IMG/VR virus record: IMGVR_UViG_3300049009_000262
Location: 1 to 38,630 of that record
Source of the DNA: a virus
Taxonomy: Duplodnaviria; Caudoviricetes
Length of the DNA: 38,630 nt
Strand: one strand, 5' to 3'
Position numbers and translations under genes: made by a program. The notes below the pieces were generated by a model that ran no database searches, was not told where the DNA came from, and was given only the letters and a program-made list of their open reading frames with translations. Shown one piece after another: positions 35,408 to 38,630 of the stretch (the stretch's first letter is position 1; each line of letters opens with the position of its first letter).

Positions 35408-35466
35408 TTAAGAACTACGCCAGGTCTACTAACTAACTAAATACAAAGTTAGATCAAGGAGATACA

Positions 35467-35922
35467 ATGGCCATTACGACGTTAGCCACTGAAAAAGACA
35501 AAAAAGGTTCAACTGTACAAATTAAACATACCTCGGCGTTAAGTTATACTCCGGTGTTGCCGTTTTTTATGAAGCAGTTTTCGAATTTGTGCGATAAAGG
35601 TTGGGCGCATCCCACTTTTACGGCTTCCAATACTACCAAGGCCGTTTATGCCGAAATACAAGGAAAAGTTGTCGGGCATATTGTTTATAATTTACTTGAC
35701 GATCAATTAAAGACTGCCTGGATTGTATTAAGTGCAGTTGACGAGGAATATCGTCAACGAGGAATATATAACTTAATGCATACGCAATTTGAATCTACTA
35801 TTAAAAAAGCAGGAAGTAAAAAAATAGCCAGCTATGTTCATATTGACAATATTCCACGCCAAAATAGCTGTGCAAGCTCGGGTATGAGACCTTTTTATTA
35901 TAAGATGGAAAAAGATTTATGA
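35467..35922 (+). CDS. GNAT-family N-acetyltransferase
   Basis: AVDEEYRQRGIY acetyl-CoA motif A, VHIDN; TAAATA at 35438-35443 and AAGGAG RBS. Confidence 0.85.
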   Translation: MAITTLATEKDKKGSTVQIKHTSALSYTPVLPFFMKQFSNLCDKGWAHPTFTASNTTKAVYAEIQGKVVGHIVYNLLDDQLKTAWIVLSAVDEEYRQRGIYNLMHTQFESTIKKAGSKKIASYVHIDNIPRQNSCASSGMRPFYYKMEKDL

Positions 35923-36773
35923 ACAATATAAAAGAACAATTTGAACTTAACGGCTTTGTTGGCCCATTGGAAGTAATGAGCCGAGAAGAAGCCCTGGAAT
36001 TTCGTGATTTGGTAATGCAAGCCGAAGCGGAACAGAATTTAATGAAAAGCGACTACCGTTGCAAGAGCAACGTACTTTATCCCTTTGTTGATAAAATCAG
36101 CCGTCATCCAAAACTAATAGAATATCTGTCACAGATCATTGGACCCAACATTCATTGCTGGGATACACTGTTCTGGGTAAAGTACCCCGAAGACGGCAAG
36201 GATGTTAGTTTCCATCAAGACGCTACCTATTGGAACTTTGATAAAAAGCATCTGGCTGTTACTGCTTGGTTTGCATTTGATGATGTAACCCCCGAGCAAG
36301 GAAGCCTTGAGTATGTTGCTGGCAGTCAACGAGTATTCCAACGTCGCCACAAGGATGTTAAAACTGACACGAATTTGTTGATGCGTGGTCAAACAGTTGA
36401 TGAGGATCTGCCCAAGGAACGTATAAAAACTACAGTTCCTGCAGGTCACGTATTGCTTCACAGTCCTTATACTATACACGGGTCTGCATCCAACAATGGA
36501 GATAAGCCGCGTGTGGCAATGGGAATGATTTTTGCCAGCACCGAATGCAAACCTATTTTAGCCATCAGTCCAGAGAGTACTGTAATGGTTGCTGGCGTTG
36601 ATGAATATAATTATATGATGCACGATCCACAGCCCACTGGCAATTGGGACATTGACTTAGCGAACTGGCAGGCCGCATATGATCGTCAACATCTGAATTA
36701 TTACGAAATGGAACAAAGCCCGGCTAGTCCAATTACACACAATCCATACGCCAAGATGGAGGCCGCTGTTTAA
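35919..36773 (+). CDS. PhyH-family Fe(II)/2-oxoglutarate dioxygenase
   Basis: FELNGFV, HQD...TAWFAFDD...GSLEYVAGS...IHGS...R facial triad. Confidence 0.88.
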   Translation: MNNIKEQFELNGFVGPLEVMSREEALEFRDLVMQAEAEQNLMKSDYRCKSNVLYPFVDKISRHPKLIEYLSQIIGPNIHCWDTLFWVKYPEDGKDVSFHQDATYWNFDKKHLAVTAWFAFDDVTPEQGSLEYVAGSQRVFQRRHKDVKTDTNLLMRGQTVDEDLPKERIKTTVPAGHVLLHSPYTIHGSASNNGDKPRVAMGMIFASTECKPILAISPESTVMVAGVDEYNYMMHDPQPTGNWDIDLANWQAAYDRQHLNYYEMEQSPASPITHNPYAKMEAAV

Positions 36774-36774
36774 A

Positions 36775-37296
36775 ATGTTCTTTAAGCATTGGAAATTATG
36801 CGATCAAAATTTGATCCCACTGGAATTTGATAAAGATTTTCTTTACTACGTTCACGCCAAGGCCTGGCACCTTAAAGGCTACCTCGGCGGAACTCATTCA
36901 TACATCACGTTTTGGAGTAAACAGCACAGTGAGTGGTTAGTTGTTGAAATGACTGACCCTGAGACTGTATCTTATCAAAATTGCCAAACACACTATTCAG
37001 GTGTAGTGACAGATGATATTACAGAACACGCACCTATGATCACTAATAGATTGCCAAATGCACGTTGGTTTGGCAACAATCCATTGATTGTAGGTAAGTG
37101 TTCGATTGGACATTTGTCCTACAAGGACATTGAGCAGGCCTGTAAAGAATATCCTTTAAAACGATTTGATATTCTTACACAAAACTGCAATACTTTTACC
37201 AGCTATCTAATCTGGAAGTTAAGACTGGAACTAGACAGACCCTTTAGGTCTGTGGGGTTCAAAAATAGGATGTGGTGGTCCACACACATCCTTTAA
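36775..37296 (+). CDS. Permuted papain-like (PPPDE/DUF3750-like) protein
   Basis: THSYI...RWFGNNP...TQNCNTFT; His precedes Cys. Confidence 0.55.
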   Translation: MFFKHWKLCDQNLIPLEFDKDFLYYVHAKAWHLKGYLGGTHSYITFWSKQHSEWLVVEMTDPETVSYQNCQTHYSGVVTDDITEHAPMITNRLPNARWFGNNPLIVGKCSIGHLSYKDIEQACKEYPLKRFDILTQNCNTFTSYLIWKLRLELDRPFRSVGFKNRMWWSTHIL

Positions 37297-38504
37297 AAAT
37301 CACAAATGTAATGCCACTGAGTGTGTTGTGCTTTATAGCCAACACGCTTTTTATTTTCATCAAACGTAACGAACTCAGGAGCCAAGCTGTCTAAGTGTTC
37401 AGCGTATAATTCTGACCATACATCTACGTGATGCTTCAACATTGGATTTTGGTACATCCAAAAATCTTTGTCGTCCCTGGCAGCCTTCATTGGTTTTTGT
37501 ACCTGGAATTTATTTTGCTTTGATGCCCAGGTAGTATAGCAACTGTCTCGACAAGCAATTTGGTTTGTCTGCATAATTGGCAAATAAGGTTTATTCTTGC
37601 TGTGGTCTGTTCGCCATCTGTACTTTTGAAGTTGTGGTCTTTTTCTAAACCACTCAACAGTTTGGTAGCCCATTTCAAATACTATTTCTGGCATTTTTGG
37701 AGTCCAGTAAAAATATTCAGTGCCGTGAGGATTCCATTCTGGTGCGTGTCCCACTGTAATAACACTGTCAGGAAACGTCATTCCGCATTTGTTATCGTCG
37801 TCAACAAATACACTGGGTTTGTCAATTCCCCATATGGTGCATACCTTTACACCTTTATCACAAAGTGCTCGTTCAGTTTCACTGAACAAAGTAGACCTAG
37901 CTAAATCTGCCATATTATGGAAGTGGTTTAGTTGGTTGAATAATTCTCTTGTGACAAAGTTAGGATTCTCAAAGAATGGTTTAGCCCAGTCAATTAATTC
38001 AATTTTAATTTCGGGATAATTTGCGGCAATCCAATCAATGTCGGGTTTCATTGTAAAATCCCACTCGCTCATAAAGTTATTGGCATTGAGATTTTTATTG
38101 TTAGGGGTATATAGCTTGGCGTTAACTGCACTAATTGGCCAAGACACCATAATATGATCCAACTTAATATTATTGTCCAAGAAGACCTTTAAGATGTTCC
38201 AACTGTCTGCGCCACCGGAGTAATTCAGAATAAGGTAATCATAGCTTTCTCTGAGTTGTTTAGCACGAGTTAGATACATTTCATCTAAAGAAACCTGTCC
38301 TAGCCTACTGCGGTCAAAATTATTAATTGCATCATCGAACCAATGATATGATATTGGAGACTGTGTTTCTGTGGCATACATCAAGGCTTGATGTTTGTTT
38401 AAAAATACTTGTTCACCTCTGAAAGGATCACTACGGCCAACTTTGTAATAACCAATTTGGTTTTCAGTTATAATCTTATCTGTTTCGTTTCCTGTTAGAA
38501 TCAT
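37293..38504 (-). CDS. PP-loop (adenine nucleotide alpha-hydrolase superfamily) protein
   Basis: YDYLILNYSGGADSWNIL PP-loop; GIDKP; 403 aa. Confidence 0.75.
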   Translation of the reverse strand: MILTGNETDKIITENQIGYYKVGRSDPFRGEQVFLNKHQALMYATETQSPISYHWFDDAINNFDRSRLGQVSLDEMYLTRAKQLRESYDYLILNYSGGADSWNILKVFLDNNIKLDHIMVSWPISAVNAKLYTPNNKNLNANNFMSEWDFTMKPDIDWIAANYPEIKIELIDWAKPFFENPNFVTRELFNQLNHFHNMADLARSTLFSETERALCDKGVKVCTIWGIDKPSVFVDDDNKCGMTFPDSVITVGHAPEWNPHGTEYFYWTPKMPEIVFEMGYQTVEWFRKRPQLQKYRWRTDHSKNKPYLPIMQTNQIACRDSCYTTWASKQNKFQVQKPMKAARDDKDFWMYQNPMLKHHVDVWSELYAEHLDSLAPEFVTFDENKKRVGYKAQHTQWHYICDF

Positions 38505-38630
38505 TTTAAAAATCCAATATCTGTTCTGTAAGTAAAATCTTTGGTGTCGATGGTCTCAAGATAATCATATATCCTGCCAGCGGCTTCTTCTCTAGTGTCG
38601 CCTGTGGTTGAAAGCACAGTGTACATATTA
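38501..38630 (-). CDS. C-terminus of a PurD/GARS-like ATP-grasp protein (partial, runs off right edge)
   Basis: Minus-strand translation NMYTVLSTTGDTREEAAGRIYDYLETIDTKDFTYRTDIGFLK* matches the GARS C-domain end (G.T..EA...Y.....I......YR.DIG); ATGA overlap with next gene. Confidence 0.6.
   Translation of the reverse strand, partial: NMYTVLSTTGDTREEAAGRIYDYLETIDTKDFTYRTDIGFLK

Noticed and set aside
1-38630. Stop-codon reassignment
   Set aside because: Known genes are full length under code 11, and TAA, TGA and TAG all serve as stops.

Overview
38.6 kb segment of a large lytic dsDNA tailed phage (T4-superfamily-like, uncultured Caudoviricetes type; standard genetic code, almost entirely + strand). 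A proteobacterial host is inferred from the IscU, the class Ia NrdAB/glutaredoxin and the sigma70 promoters. Left to right: end of a Gly-rich tail protein; primase and DnaB-like helicase; a late, TAAATA-driven block of probable head/internal proteins (a LysM repeat protein, a KWDG ligase-like protein); a Cys-rich mini-gene, iscU, a queC-like gene and an exonuclease; a beta-helix tail protein; nrdA, a PGDYG-like gene, nrdB and grx; an M15 peptidase and a SleB-type hydrolase; an early region of small genes with strong, often leaderless sigma70 promoters, ATP-dependent DNA ligase and a metallophosphoesterase; an array of about 8 'MNER..KFAELI..HFGVEE' paralogues joined by a repeated RBS/stop-start junction; an SPFH lipoprotein; and a GNAT, PhyH dioxygenase, permuted papain-like, PP-loop and PurD-like enzyme cluster. 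Most notable: the cassette-like paralogue array, a two-hairpin RNA with complementary loops at 8.5 kb, palindromic operator-like sites framing the -35 boxes of early promoters, an unannotated metallothionein-like gene coupled to iscU, and shared capsid-targeting-like N-termini. No tRNA, CRISPR array, intron or intein was recognised. All family calls come from motif recognition by eye, not database searches.
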